64,000 bases of DNA from Bispira polyomma (taxonomy: Eukaryota). A program made the translations under genes and the position numbers. Below, in pieces: positions 1-13,936 of the stretch. The first letter of the stretch is position 1; the number at the start of each line of letters is the position of its first letter. The stretch lies in assembly GCA_965649765.1 (NCBI GenBank), contig OZ287748.1, positions 11,470,001-11,534,000 on the forward strand. The letters are read 5' to 3'. The notes below the pieces were generated by a model. It was not told the origin of the DNA and searched no databases. It saw nothing but the letters and a program-made list of their open reading frames with translations.

Positions 1-674
1 ATAATAAAAATAAATAATATGAGAACAAACTGGAACGTATCTGGGGAAAAAAGCCTGCTCGAATAAAACCGGAAGTGAGAGCCGCTAAATAAGTTTACAA
101 GTAAAAATGGATATAAAATGCTCATAATTCATTGTTAGAAAGGTAATAACCATAAAATTTTATTAAAATGGTTAAATAAATGTTATCCGAAGGTGTAATA
201 AGCGTAATTTATGCTATCGATGTGTTGTTATTATACATCGATATCGGCACGCAAAAAACCCAAACAATAAATATTGTCGATATCGATAAACAATTTACCC
301 ACTGGTACCTGGTTTCAAAACGGTTAGGCGCTAGCAATTACTCGGGCCGGATTTTTATTGCCCGTCTCAACCCTAACTAAAATATGACTGAATCTTTGAA
401 TTCAGCACTGAAAGCTCTATTAAAATAAATGGTTACAAGTTTGAGTTATTTCTATATTCATGTAGAAGAATTGTACAGTCTTCACTTGAGCCTGACTTTG
501 AGCTCTAGTTTCTTTGGAGAATAGGGGTCTATATGTGTTATATGTAATGGGTCTAATAATATCATGATAGTATTTGTTGTATGAAGGCTTATACCAGCTT
601 GTAGAGCAGCTACTTTATATTCTTGGTAAGGAGCAGCAGCGAAGATTTGAAACACATTTGTATACTACGATAGT

Positions 675-835
675 AAGGGCACTCAATAGAGCACATACCT
701 CCGCCAAGTTGCCAGAGTGACAAAAAGTTTAAAAAAACAACAACCTAGATCTCCTACGTGTTCCAAAATGTAATAGATTATTCGTTGGCCCATGCCTGAT
801 TTGTCCATTTGTCTATCTTTGGCAGAGGTATATCA
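675..835 (-). mobile_element. Short HINE-like element, decayed
   Basis: acctccgccaa / ttggcagaggt subterminal IR; same ends as 9256-9475 in the opposite orientation. Confidence 0.5.
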
Positions 836-1615
836 TAATGAAGCTGTGGCACATTGTTCAAAACACATTTGTATATAACAAAATGGGCTGCACAGAAGTA
901 GCCAAAGTACAATGTAATTAAGGGTCCCTTGAAAAAGGGTGCTTATATGCTTTTGAGTCTGGTTTTCATTCCGCCGCTGCCATCTTTTTCAATATGTCTC
1001 TTAATATTAATGATCTTAAAATGATTTTTTTTTTGTTGTTGTTGTCTTTCTTACCCCTAGGAAAACATTTCTATATTTGACATTTATCAAGGTCAGATGA
1101 TTAAAAACAGAATATTTACTTGCACTTGCTTGTCACCACTTTTTCTCAAAAAGTGTTTCTTGCAGTTTCTTTATATGTTACTGACATTGACATCTAGACC
1201 CCAGTAGATGATTGTCAGATCAATCAGGCCATGAACGAATATTTAATGAGTGATTAATAATCCAGTGCTATAAAATACAACAAATTTTTTTCTTTCTGGC
1301 ACATTTTTTACATGTATCCACCATAGGTGACTAATCAAATAACCCTCATCATTATACATCATATATTTCATAATTTCTCCACTTAGGGACGCTGTGTTTT
1401 TGTTTCACTAAAACCTTTTTCTGGTTGATTTATACTAACCATGCACAAGTGCTAGCAGCAGTGTGTACATTTTACATGCACTCTATAACACATGTGACTG
1501 GTATATTTGGTGGTGTTTTGTTGCACATGAAGGAATTTGTTTCTTTTTGCCCTTATTGTTTGATAATTTAAAGTCAAACCTTTGTTGTCACTCATAATAT
1601 ACAAAATACAAATAA

Positions 1616-2778
1616 TTGTATCCACCAGAAAACTCCAGTGGATGCTATGGATTTCACTTCGTTACTTCGCCGCCGTGTCAGTGTGTGTATAGATTCAACC
1701 GTTAGCGCTCTCCTGGGAGAACATTTACATCTACTCTCCTGAAATTTACAGGAAATGTTCTTTAATACAGAAGCTTGTCTGGGAGTAATTTTGGCCTAAT
1801 TTTAAAAACAAGATGGCGGCCAAGGACGTTTCTTTGAAAATAATCAGGCTTTTAACTGCGTCTGTTTCTCAGCTGTAGAAAATTGAATCTATGTCCTGTA
1901 TAAGCATGCAGACATTTGACCTGGAATCTCCTTATTCAAGGTCCTTGATAGAGTGCCAAATTTAACCTAAGTGACTAATTTTGGCCAAACTTAAAAGTGC
2001 CTATATCTCACTTAATATTAGTCCTAAAGGTTTGGGATCTGTAACCAACCTACAGGAAATCTTGAGCAGGGAATCTTTTGATGTGCTCAGATTTCAACTT
2101 AGGCGTCTCCTTCAAGGTCAAACAGGTATGGCCAAACCTAAAAGGGCCTATATCTCACTTATTATTGATCCCAGAGGTTTGGAGTGCCAAACCTACCCAT
2201 AGAAGTTCATGGGCTGGGAAACTTTTGATGTGCTCAAATTTGACCTCTGGCCCCACTCGTTCAAGGTCAGCATTGGTCAAACTTTAAAGTGCCTATGTCT
2301 CTCTTATTATTGGTCCTAGAGGTTTTAAATGTGAAACTAACCTGCGGAAAATCAAGGCCTGAGAATCTTTTATATGGTTCAATTTGACCTTGGGCCTTTC
2401 ATTCAAGGTCAACCTTGGTCAAACTTAAAAATCCCTATATCTCGGTTATTATTGGTGGTAGAAGTTGGGGATGTGAAACCAACTAATAAGCACACATGAA
2501 GCTGGTAATCTTTTGCTGTGGTCAGATTTGGCCTTGGACCCCTCATGCAAGGTCAAACGGGTAGGCCAAACTTTAAAGTGCCAATCTCACTTAATATTGG
2601 TCCCACTAGTTTGCAATGTCAAACCTACTTGTGCCACTTAAGGCTTGAGCATAAATGCCCTATAGGAAATCCTGCATTTCTAACTTAGGTGCTAGCTAGG
2701 GTGCTTGCTACCTAGGGTGCTTTGTCTTTCTGGTAGATACAAATATGCATCGGTTCTCCGATGTGCTCGGCTTAGTTT
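1616..2778 (+). mobile_element. Helentron-associated non-autonomous element (HINE/DINE-like) with internal ~145-bp tandem array
   Basis: Subterminal IR ttgtatccaccagaa / ttctggtagatacaa, 3' hairpin gcatcggttctccgatgtgc, T-rich ends, ~5 repeats (gccaaacttaaaagtgcc at 1984, 2131, 2276, 2418, 2566). Confidence 0.75.
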
Positions 2779-2823
2779 ATCATGATTTAATACCTTAGTA
2801 TAACTTATTATTGAGATGAACTT

Positions 2824-3256
2824 TAATTATACCACCAACCAGCCAGACTCAACCTCCAATATTTAGGTTTTAATAGGTAGATACTTAAGATTACTGTTGT
2901 CGTCACCATGTTTTTCGTTAACACTCAATATTTTACAATGACAAAGCAAATTAAATTATAAAATGTAAACCTTTACTTTTTTTTTGTCCATGTTAAATTT
3001 AATATAAGTGAATTAAGTAATTTAATTAAACTATGACATAATTATACCACCAACCAGCCAGACTCAACCTCCAATATTTAGGTTTTAATAGGTAGATACT
3101 TAAGATTACCGTTGTCGTCACCATGTTTTTCGTTAATGCTCAATATTTTACAATGACAAAAGCAAATTAAATTATAAAATGTAAACCTTTACTTTTTTTT
3201 TGTCCATGTCAAATTTAATATAAGTGAATTAAGTAATTTAATTAAACTATGACATA
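2824..3256. repeat. Near-perfect tandem duplication, 215-bp period x2
   Basis: taattataccaccaaccagcc starts at 2824 and 3039. Confidence 0.92.
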
Positions 3257-5856
3257 TTTGATTTATACTTTTATATTACCTCATGTGATTGTACAGTTTC
3301 CACTTTAATTTAATATAAAACTTAGTGAATTATAGAATAAAATGAAAATATAACGTATTAGTATATATTTATAAGTTTATATTATTTAATGAGATTGTAC
3401 AGTTTCCACAAGGTATCAATATTTCTCTCATATTTTGTTAAATTGTTAGACATACAGAAGTTGTATACTTTTAAGTTGATTATACATCGTAGGGTTGATA
3501 ACATAAATAAAATATAATTGATAAACATTTTGAGTGACTTTTGGACACGAATATCTACAACAAATGCAATGAAGCACTAATCTTTTTAAGCAGTTTCTCT
3601 AAGTTGATTGATCAGAGGCTTAATACAAGAATAAAAATACATGTATTAATGGATAAACACTTTGATGTGACTCTTGGCATAAATAGTGACCACAGATGCA
3701 ATCAAACATTAATCTTTTTAAGCAGTGGCCTCCTTTGAGTTCATTACTGAGTTAGTATTTGTCTTTACTATCAAAGATCTTGGTACCTTTTAATGTTTGC
3801 CAATAAAAGATTTTTAAATCTGCAGCACCTATACAGTGATTAAAGCCTGAGTAAGAGATAATATGAGATACTAGTTAAAAGGTGTATTACATTTATAATT
3901 GCCATCAGATTCATTCCCTGGTATTAGGGTTTATAAAAGAATTGTAACCAGATTTTTGATCTTTCACGTTCTACTTTTGATGCAAATGAACTGCTGTATT
4001 TACCTGTAGAAATGGCTAACAATGACAATGAGCTTAAATTAAGAAATAAATTATTATAAAGGTTTGCAAAGTGTAAAAAGTATCAGCGAAAAAAAAGTAT
4101 CATATCACAAGATATGTGTATAATTCAACCATTAAAGATCTAAAAGTTGCTGTCCAGGGTACTTCATCAAAGTCCAGACATAGCTTTACATATTCAACAA
4201 CTATGAGGTTCTTTAGTGTGGTGACATTAAGAAGCTGATTTAAGAAACGTTTATCCCCAGTGGATCCTCTTGTGTACTATGTCTGCATTGAAGAGACATA
4301 TGAAATATTGTTAATCTTTTAATCACTGTTTGTATGTGTGAAAATAAACTTTTTTTTAATACGAAAGTATTATATTTTCAATTATTAATACAATTTAGGC
4401 AATTCGTGAAATGCCTAAGCCTAAAAACCAGTCATTTCGCGAAATCCCTGGAAATTTTAGTCATTTCGCGAATTGCCTGAGTGAATCAGGGATTTCACGA
4501 AATGATTGAAATTTCCAGGGATTTTGCGAAATCCCTGATTACACAGTTTGCCTGTAACATATATTTACCTTAAGTACAGTGTTTTAATATGTACAAAAAA
4601 GTTCAATATCAGTGGACTGAATACATTATAAATTTACAGAGCTGGGTTAAGATATTTTAGGGGAACCATTTGTCAGGTTCCTTTTTGTAAATATGGCTAA
4701 CATATTAAACATGAAGCCAATAAGGTGACTCGATGTTAGAGATAAAAGCGTGAAAGTTCAGAAGTTTCCTGGTAACTGGGCCTAGACATAAGTAGATACT
4801 AAGTTACAATTTGTGTGAAGGCCACTAGTGGGGCAAGCTGAGAAGAAAAAAGTGACACACAACTTTTAGGAAGTAAACCTGCCATTTTCTACTTCATCAA
4901 AATACATTCTACTATAACCTTTTTGTTTTCAGGAATCACCTATCTTTGATTTAAAAATATCAGATGTATTATGCAATGTTAAAATATACGTTTCAGACTG
5001 GTATTAGGACAGAATCATTTTTTATGAACACTTTTGTCTTGATAATAGTTTAAAAACCGATTGTCTATAATTCAGACTCTGAATGAGGTTGATCTGCACT
5101 TTGTGTTCCTTTGACACAATAATTATAGTTTGACTGTAAGTAACACCGGGCCCCTGAGTCTTAAAAGCAAAGATAAGCTGTAACACATACTGATTGAAGG
5201 TTGTATAAAAATCCTATAAAAGCTATATTCAGTCTATACACCATTCATTTTAATAAAGCTTTTATCGCTGAATGTCAAATTTGAACTCCTATTTGATTTA
5301 ATGTCACTCTAGTCAGACATATAGATAACCAATACTTAAGTCTTAAGTCTCAAGTTGTTCTTTGGATTTTTGGGAAGTTTGGCGAGTGTATCATTACTAG
5401 CATATGACACATCTGTTGTTAGTTCTGTCACAAGATAATACATTGTTCAAGTGTTCAAAGAGGAATATATCATTCTGTAAGTCCCAAAAAAAATTTGAAA
5501 ATCTCTTTTTGTAAAAATGTACATAGTTTTCTGTACTAAAAACTGTTCTAGTTTTCAGTGTAAATGTTTTTAACATCGCAATTAAGATGCTTTACACATG
5601 GAAATGCCGGTACAAATGTTGTACTTTTGCAATAAAAATGTTAGTTATCATACCGGTATATGCACATTTTGGTGAGGGAGAAGTGCTTTCAAAAGTTTTT
5701 TGATAACTGTGGTATATAAGAAACTGTAAATGGTACCACAATCATAGTCATACAACCTGAAATTAATTTTAATAAATCCATTTTAAAGACTAGTTATAGA
5801 AACATTGTATTTAGTATGTGTCCAGTAACATTTTTTATTGAAAATTCTTAGGAGTA

Positions 5857-6241
5857 GTGAGCGATTCCATGCAGGCAATTTTCTGAGGCGATCCGCCGAC
5901 AACGGCATCAGTTTTATGTTTCCATAGAATTCTTTCAAAAAATAAATACTCGTGGAACAAAAAAGCACAATAAATCCAATAAAATATGCTTGATCACCAT
6001 ATTAGCATGAAATTTTTACCTTCAGTAATTTCTGAGTTATTAATAAAAAATTGCCAATGTTTACACGGCGACATGCTATGCTAGGCGATTTTTTTCGCAA
6101 CCAGAAGCAAAAAGGTGGCCTTGCATTGCCCGCCGCCTATTGGCTTTGTTCACATGAAAACACTTGGTTTTAAATTAATGAAACTGATAGAATTGCCGTC
6201 GGCTGGTCACCTCAGAAAATTTTCTGCTTAGAAAGACTTGC
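5857..6241 (-). mobile_element. Older, inverted copy of the Harbinger-like MITE at 31559-32000
   Basis: gtgagcgattccatgcaggcaattttctgaggcga terminus; interior is the reverse complement of 31700-31850. Confidence 0.75.
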
Positions 6242-6839
6242 TTAGGATTTGTGTATTTAATTGTACAAAATACTTTACACAACAAGTAGCAGTTGTTCTG
6301 GCTGCTTTAAACAATGTTTAAAAATATTTTTAATGTTTTGTAATGTAATTTTTGTGTTGTACATTTTTCACAGAAATGAATACTACAAATCTCCAGTCTA
6401 ATTTAAAATCAAACTTTACTTTTGCATGTCAATTGTAGCTTCTATACATGTACATGGGTTAACATAAATTTAGTCAGTAGTCGTAAAGTTGGTTGATTTT
6501 TTTACCTCCCACTAAATTGTTTTACAGACAAAATGTTAGTCAGTTTATTTAGTTTAAGACATTACTTTTGATATTTTTTATTGATTCAGTGAATTTAAAG
6601 AAGTAAAATACTCTTCATAACTTTTTAATATGCTTTTAAAAATTTGACCCACTTTATGTTAACCTGTGTAATGGTTTCCATTCATCTATATTAATAAGTA
6701 GCAAGACTTTTTAAATCATACTTACTTCTCTTATCTGACATTTTATTGCATTAAAGTTGATTGAAGCCAAATGTGAGATACAAGATGGCCACCACTCACA
6801 TGAGGTACAGTTGATTTGTGTCTTCTCTGTACTTTTTAG

Positions 6840-6911
6840 AGTGTGAGATCTGGTGCCTTTCAGATGTATGATTATGGATCGATGGAAGAAAATATACACC
6901 ATTATGGACAG
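6840..6911 (+). CDS. Acid lipase (LIPA/LIPF family) internal coding exon; upstream exons not found in window
   Basis: ttttag|AGT...CAG|gtact; 72 nt, phase 0/0. Encodes SVRSGAFQMYDYGSMEENIHHYGQ, matching the 'SGKFQAYDWGS..N..HY.Q' segment of gastric/lysosomal acid lipases. Confidence 0.93.
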
Positions 6912-7098
6912 GTACTAACAACTAAGTATTTTTTTTTCATCTTGAAAATTTTGATATGGGCCAAGGAAAAAGTATGGCTTGATATGCTAGTAAACTTGCT
7001 GGGTTATAAGTTTCTAAAATATATCTCCAGGACTCTGCAAAGTCACTAGTAAGGTTTTGTACTGTCCAGATCCATTTCTAAGAACTTCGTTATGATTA

Positions 7099-7572
7099 AT
7101 GTGGCATTCACACTGTCCACGTTCTCGGTCCCCGTTCTGAAAACGTGTGTGAACTGGAGTAAACTTGTGTAAACTGGACATAAACTAGGCATAAACGGGC
7201 ATGAACGGCAAGAACAGCAGCTACAGCCGAAAATTTTAAACATGTTCAAAACTTCCGTGGGTGAACGGCTCTGAGAACACATCTTGAGAGAACTAGAGGA
7301 AACGGCCATAAACTGGGCATAAATGGGGTTAAACTGCTCAGAACTTGTGTAAATGGGGCTTAAACTGCTTAGAACTTGTGTGATCTGGCCAGAACTGGAG
7401 TAAACTGGAGCAAACGTTACACGAACTGAGCATATCCTGGGCATAAACGGGGATAAACGGCCCATAAATGGGGGATGCTAATAAACATTTTCCCGGCTTT
7501 TTCTCTCCCAATCAGCCAAGTTCTTTAAACGGCAACGCCAGGGCGTGAACTTGGACAGTGTGAATGCTACAT
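7099..7572. mobile_element. MITE, PIF/Harbinger-like termini
   Basis: TIR atgtggcattcacactgtccacgttc / gaacttggacagtgtgaatgctacat; internal taaacgg/taaactgg subrepeats; TSD not intact. Confidence 0.75.
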
Positions 7573-8531
7573 AGGGCGGAACGAGTAGTCTGTTAATTCC
7601 CGACGGAGTGGTTCGGCTTGTGGCAGAAGTCAGAACGGGAAGCCGATTACTCGCTAAGTTTACTTTTGACACACATACAATACATTAAACCGTACATAAA
7701 CATAAAGTATAATAATAAGAATATATAATAAGACATCAAAAATTTAATATTTTTCCCAATAACAAACCCTTTCTTTAGTATTTGCAATGCACATTTTTGT
7801 TACGGTTGGCAGCAAGTGAACAAAAACAGCCTTGTTTGGGTTCGGGTTAAAAAAAATTAGCGAGTGCTCTGCACCGAATACAATATCACTTAGCGAGTAA
7901 CCGGGGCCCATTTACAGGATAGCTTGCAGCCTTAGTTAGTTATGATGCCAAAACTGATCAAGTTTTGGTTAAAATAAATCTGAAATACGTTGTGAGTGTA
8001 TAGAAAATCTAGGTGAGGCACTTTAATGACCTTGGGTTCTACATTAAACTTGGGTCATATGGAACAGTATGTTATCTTTTGTATGACAATTCAAAAATTA
8101 TTACTCAGAGTTCCGGTAAACTTGCTATAAAATACATGTATCTCCGTAAGACCTAGCAAAGTTACTGGAAAAGGTTTATACTCTATACAGTGGCCGTATT
8201 CTCTAAAAGAAACGCAAGCTTAAACTCAGACTCGCCTCCATTGAAGGCTATGTGTGGAAGTCCTTGTATATTGAGATAAGCTATACTTGTGACCATTCAT
8301 TTTAATAGAGCTTTGGGAATTCAAATACAAATATATACACTCAGATTTAACTTAACTTCACGCTAGCTAAAGATATGTGCACTTTAGATTTGAGCTGGAG
8401 ATCTTTCGAGATAAATTTTTTTTCACACATGAGGCTCAGTCTGTCCATTAGGGCACTCTGGATCGTGCTTTGTACAGCTATGCACAGTAATCACTTGAGT
8501 GTGATAATCATCATGTTGTTCTATATTTCAG

Positions 8532-8618
8532 GGAACTCCTCCACTCTATAATGCTTCTCATGTTGATGTACCAGTGGCCATCTTCAGTGCACAGAATGAC
8601 TTGCTGGCTGACCCCTGG
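8532..8618 (+). CDS. Acid lipase exon carrying the catalytic Asp
   Basis: tttcag|GGA...TGG|gtaaaa; 87 nt, phase 0/0. Encodes GTPPLYNASHVDVPVAIFSAQNDLLADPW (PP.YN...VP.A.....ND.LADP motif). Confidence 0.93.
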
Positions 8619-8774
8619 GTAAAACTCATTGACTTTATAGAACCTTTATTTACAGTAGAACCTTTATTTTCTAAATATGTTGGGAAAGCAAGAATTTTTT
8701 CGGCTAAAAGAAGCTTCATGAAAAAACCCAAGGTCTTTCAGTATAAGAAAATAGGAAAATACAAATTTGGGAGA

Positions 8775-9200
8775 GTGTAAACAACAGAACTAACTTTCTC
8801 TGAACCTATAAAGAGGCTTGCTACTGCTGGGATTTGATCCTGTGTTGTCATGGATCTTGTGATTATTAGTCCAGTTCACTAACAGTTGAGCTAAACGGGA
8901 AACGTCGGAAGTGTTTAATGCGCTGATATACACAGATATTACATGCCTCTCCCTCATGAAGACCTGACCCGGGTCTTATACTACTACCACATTAACTCTA
9001 CTAACTCACTTGGCTTATGAGGGGGGGGGGGGGGGGGGAGGGGAGCCTGCCACTGAACTCCACCATGTAAACAACCGAAATAACTTTCTCCGCTGTAAAC
9101 TAAAAAGAGGCTTGCTACTGCTGAGATTCGATTCTGGGGGGTTTCCCCTGGGGGTTTAATGTGCTGGGGGTTTAATGCGCTGATATACACAGATATTAAA
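8775..9200 (-). mobile_element. tRNA-derived repeat with partial local duplication
   Basis: On -, tagctcaactgttag (A-box-like) ... ggatcaaatccc (B-box-like). The aaagaggcttgctactgctg and tttaatgcgctgatatacacagatatt blocks each occur twice. Confidence 0.5.
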
Positions 9201-9255
9201 AGAGTAACCTTTTGTTTATAAAATAGTCAGATAATAGAGGTTATACTGTACAAAT

Positions 9256-9475
9256 ATTATTACCCACCTCAAGGAAGGTCTAGTTGTGCCCAGTTCCTTT
9301 AGGTGGTTTGTTTGTCACCAGTATTACACAAGAAATACTCGACCAATTTACATGAAATTTAAGGGGATTGGTTGAGGAAAAATCCATTCAATTTTAAAGC
9401 GGATCCGGTTAGAGGGCCCAAATGCAGATTGGACCTTGGCCGAGGTATGTGCTCTTCCTGAGTAAACCTTCTACT
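9256..9475 (+). mobile_element. Short HINE-like element
   Basis: ttattacc..aaggaagg start, gtttgtttgt microsatellite, ttggccgaggtatgtgctct..gagt end. Confidence 0.55.
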
Positions 9476-10091
9476 GTGTAAACTTCTTTTTTCTGTCAGG
9501 TTAAGTTTTCTGGTCTTTTATTGGGTCTCTCTGGCTTAAGAATGTGTACTATGCTGGGGTAAAACATTAAGGGCTTTTTACGTTAGTTGCCGAGTCTGCC
9601 TTAAGGCAGACAATGGCAACTAATGTTATACCATGGATAGACTGACTCCCTAGTGATAGCCTGGTTACCGGTATGTCCGTAGGCAAAGGTCCATTCGTGG
9701 ACATACATTAGCTCTGATTTTTAGTAGATATGTACATATACATGTCTAGATGGTCCAAAATTGAATTTGTGTTAAAATATGTATTCGTTTCCAAGATAAA
9801 AGAAGTTTACGAATGTAAACAAACAACATTTTTGTCTGTAAATGATTGGCGTGAGATCTTTCTTTTGAGGGAGGCGGGCCCTTTTTAATTCTGCATAAGA
9901 CAGATTATTCGTAAAACCTTGCAAGTCATGTCGCCCCATAAACAACTCGCCCTTTTATTTAAAACACAGTGCGCCAGGACCGCCCCGCCCGAAAACTCGC
10001 CCCCGAAACGAAAATTCTGCAAATACTGGTGTATCTCTTTAAATACTTAACCTAAATTTTTTGTTTTGGTATCAGCAGAAAGCTCTTACTA

Positions 10092-11445
10092 CCGTATTTG
10101 ACGTAATTAGCGCACAGTGCCCTTAGAAAAACAAATTACCCCTTTTAATGAGGTTTTTAAGTGTTTTCTCGTAACCGCCCAGGCCTACAAAAAAAGCATA
10201 TATGTCTCTTCACAGATGAAATGTCTGGAGACCCCATGTAGAAACACATCTGTGTCTGTGTTGAGGTGATCTTACTCATCTACATACAAGTCTACAATGT
10301 CAAGTTACATTTTAAGACAAAAACAAATGTGCAAATAATGTCACTACAGGATAAAAATATTATATAATTATTCCCAAGCCAAAAAATAACTGATTTGGTT
10401 GAACACAGATAAATTAAAAAGTGAAGTTAATAAATCTGCAGCAATTGTTATTTAGTTTAAGGTTGATTCTTGGTTTTTAAAATATATAGCATATCTTTTG
10501 CAGATGTGTTCACACTGGTAAATTTTACAATCTATCTGATAACAGAAAGCTCCACAATGAAGTATTACTATAAAAATTTGCTGTAAAACTGAAAGGTATT
10601 AAAAAATTATTTGGTAACTTTACTATCTTACTCTGTTATTGTCAGTATGGTAAGTTCTCTTAGTTTTTAAAAGCATGCCTATTTCAAACTTCTACAGCCT
10701 ACAACAAGAAATAAAATGTGTACTTGGCAAATGAAACTTGAAGCAAAATTTTGATAATATACTCTAAATTTGTACTGGATTTTAATGGCCATTTGCTGCA
10801 GTTGATGGCAGGACAGAAATAGTAACCTTGCTTGGGCTTGTATTTCACACCATTGATCAAAATAGTATATTTATTTTTTAAAATTTAACATTATTGTTTA
10901 AATAATATATTAGAGATTATATTCTAATTACATTAATCATGCTAAAGTAGCTTAACTCATTGGAAGTCATTATTTTGTCACCAATGGGTGTGCAGACTGA
11001 TTTTCCTACATACAATAAAGCTAAGCCTTAAATATCTTTGAACAAGGCTACTTTATCAGTCAGTCACTTTCTTCCGTGTTCAAATTTATGACTAATTTCT
11101 AGCTTTGTAAACCTTTAGTACAGGAAGACTCCATCAGTTACTATCTTGTGATAGTTTACTTTCACAGGCACTAAAAGTCTTGATTGCAGTTATTCATTTG
11201 TATTGGAAAATAACCCGAGTACTAACATAGAATTGTATATAGTATTTATTGCGGTTACTTGCAAAATATTTTTATTTCAAAAATAGCAGAATTATTTTTT
11301 TCCTCTTTCAAATTCTCATTTGCATAGGTACATGCTGAAACTTAAGATAAGGCTCAAGTAATATCTCAAATAGAGAACCATACCAAACATAAAATTAGGT
11401 GATGTGCGATTAATGGAGCATGTGTGGTAATTACGTCGAATACGG
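10092..11445 (-). mobile_element. Decayed pogo/Tigger (Tc1/mariner superfamily) transposon
   Basis: TA TSD on both sides; TIR ccgtatttgacgtaatta / taattacgtcgaatacgg. Minus-strand remnant KLEISHKFEHGRK* near 11105-11065 resembles a CENP-B/psq HTH. Confidence 0.65.
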
Positions 11446-13678
11446 TATGTACTTTATGATTAGTGGACGAATTTCAATTTAAAATATATGGTTATAGGAC
11501 TTAAATTCAGACTACATACCCAAAATTGTTGAAAATATCAGTTTTCAGATTTTAAACAGGTTATTGATTAAATGCCTACATCACAGTAAGTATATATAAT
11601 ACAGATTACATGACTTGATACTGATACTTTAGATGCATTTAACTTACTTGAACTATGTTTTTGTAAATCAAAAATACTGATATCAAACATGCACTTTAAC
11701 ATGAAAAGATATTTGATGGTTCTGTAACTTGTTAGTTCTTACAAGTATATTTATGTTAGTCAAAAACAATGATCTTAAACATGAAAGGATAATTCATTCT
11801 TGCATAACCGTGTTTCTTGGATACTGTCAAAACTGTGGCTAACTCCCTTGTTAGCAGTCATGTAGACTACTCCAGTTCCCTTTCACTGAAAGAAAATTCT
11901 GCTAGAGTGAAATAGATCACACAATACAATCCCTTGGAAAAGAAATAAATGCAACTTACACTATAGCTAATTATTCTTCATCACATTACTTGGCAATGAT
12001 ATACAGCCCTCTGAATAATCTTGGCGCGGTATTCACAAACAAGGATCAAGATCAGATCAAGTAATTTTTCGAATGAATTGGTATTAACAAAGCAAGGAAT
12101 CACTTGATATAAAATTTTAAATAATTGATCTGTTTTTGTATTCTACTTATTCCCTCAAACATCTCCTGTCAGCCTTGGGAGGTGACTGTAAAATCACTAA
12201 AGGATCTGGTGGTGGATACTGTGGCTAGCTCACTGTTAAGTGTAGTATTCAAAAATAAGGATGAAGATCAGATCAAAGTTGAGAAAAAAGTTTCAAATAA
12301 TTGGTATTAACAATGCAAGGAATCACTAGACTACTCTTTGTACAGTGATAGGTAACTGGTGAGGGGTTGTGGGAGCACTGGACTACTCTTGGTATAATGA
12401 TAGGTACATGTAATTGGTGAGGGGTAACTGGAGCACTAGACTACTTTTTGTACAGTGATAGGTAACTGATGAGGGGTAGTGGGAGCACTAGACTATACTC
12501 TTTGTATTATGATAGGTAACTGGTGAACGGTTGTGGATCACTAGACTATGTTATCATTTCCTTCCATTTTTATTCAACTGGATGTTGCAGAAATAAAAGG
12601 CCCACACCAAGCACATGGTGTATACTGAATAACAAATTTTTGACAACATTCTACCCCCATAAATGACTTTTTGACAATAATTTGTCCGCAATTTTCAGTG
12701 CACTTGATATAAAAATATTGAATTTGTTTTTGTATTGTACTTCTTCCTTCAAACATCTACTGTCAGCCATGGGAGGTGACTGTAAAATTATTAAAGGATC
12801 TGGTGGTGGATACTGTGATCACTGGCCAACTCCCTCTTAAGTGAATTATTTAAAAACAAGGATCAAGATCAGATCAAAGTTGCAAAAAAAGTTTAACGTA
12901 ATCAGTATTCACAAAGCAAGGAAATACTTTATCTGAAAATATCAAATAATTGATGTGTTTTTCGTATTTTTCTTTTCTCAAACATCTCCTGTCAGCCAAG
13001 ATGAAGGTTTTACTCTGCAGTCTCTAATATGAGACTCTCACTGAGGTCTGAAACAAGTGATAGGTGATACATAACTGGTGAGGGGTAGTGGGAACAGTAC
13101 ACTACTCTTTGTATTATGATAGGTAACTGGTGAGGTGTAGTGGGGGCAGAAGACTACTCTTTGTATAATGATATAGGTAACTGGTGAGAGGTAGTGGGAA
13201 CACTAGACTACTCTTTGTATTATGATAGTTAAGTGGTGAGTTGTAGTAGCGCACTAGACTCCTCTTTGTACAGTGATAGGTAACTAGTTAGAGGTTCTAT
13301 AAATGCAGCATTCAAAAACAAGGATCTAGATCAGATCAAAGTTATATCATAATAGATAATAATTAAAACATTTATAAAGCGCAAAAATGATGAGAACATC
13401 TTCTAACATGCTGATATCCAAGAATCAAAAGTCCAGGGGCAAGTGAAGGGTCGCTACCTGGAAGTATCCACCAAGGCAGGGGGGTAAGCCAGTCAGTTTT
13501 TATTCACTAACCTTAACCCTAATGTATTCGGCAGATAATAGCGCCTACCAATTTTTTTGTTTTAAAATATCAGTAAAAGTTGAAAAACCATGTATCTGAT
13601 GAATCCATTTAAAAATTTAGATCTCTGCAAATGCCATTTTCACGACTAGATAGAGTAGCACCCTCCATGAACACAGTG

Positions 13679-13936
13679 GGGCCGCGGTGGCCTAGTGGTT
13701 AGCAAGCATTGCGCTTCACAATCACTGGTCTCTCACCTCTGGGCGGCGTGAGTTCGAATCCTGTCGATGCCTATGTGGGAAAGGTGGTAGTTCCTTACTG
13801 TGGGCCGCTGGTTTCAGTGCAGAACCTTGATCAACTGTATGCAGTGTTTCCTCCAGTGTTTCCAACTACCCGTCCCAATATAACCTAAACAGGTACTAGA
13901 TTAGACGTTAAATATCCCAATTCAAAAAAAAAAAAA
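13679..13936 (+). mobile_element. Full-length young tRNA-derived SINE
   Basis: A box TGGCCTAGTGG, B box GAGTTCGAATCC, A-tail, perfect 15-bp TSD tccatgaacacagtg (13664-13678, 13937-13951). Confidence 0.93.

Noticed and set aside
4140-4200. Possible upstream lipase exon (PAGTS-like: cagggtacttca)
   Set aside because: Surrounding translation does not match the expected PAGTS.....HW.Q exon, and no fitting splice sites.
7046-7465. 139-aa ORF
   Set aside because: Lies within a MITE built of short subrepeats; no recognisable domain.
13679-13765. tRNA gene
   Set aside because: A/B boxes are present but there is no clean cloverleaf; followed by a SINE body, A-tail and TSD.
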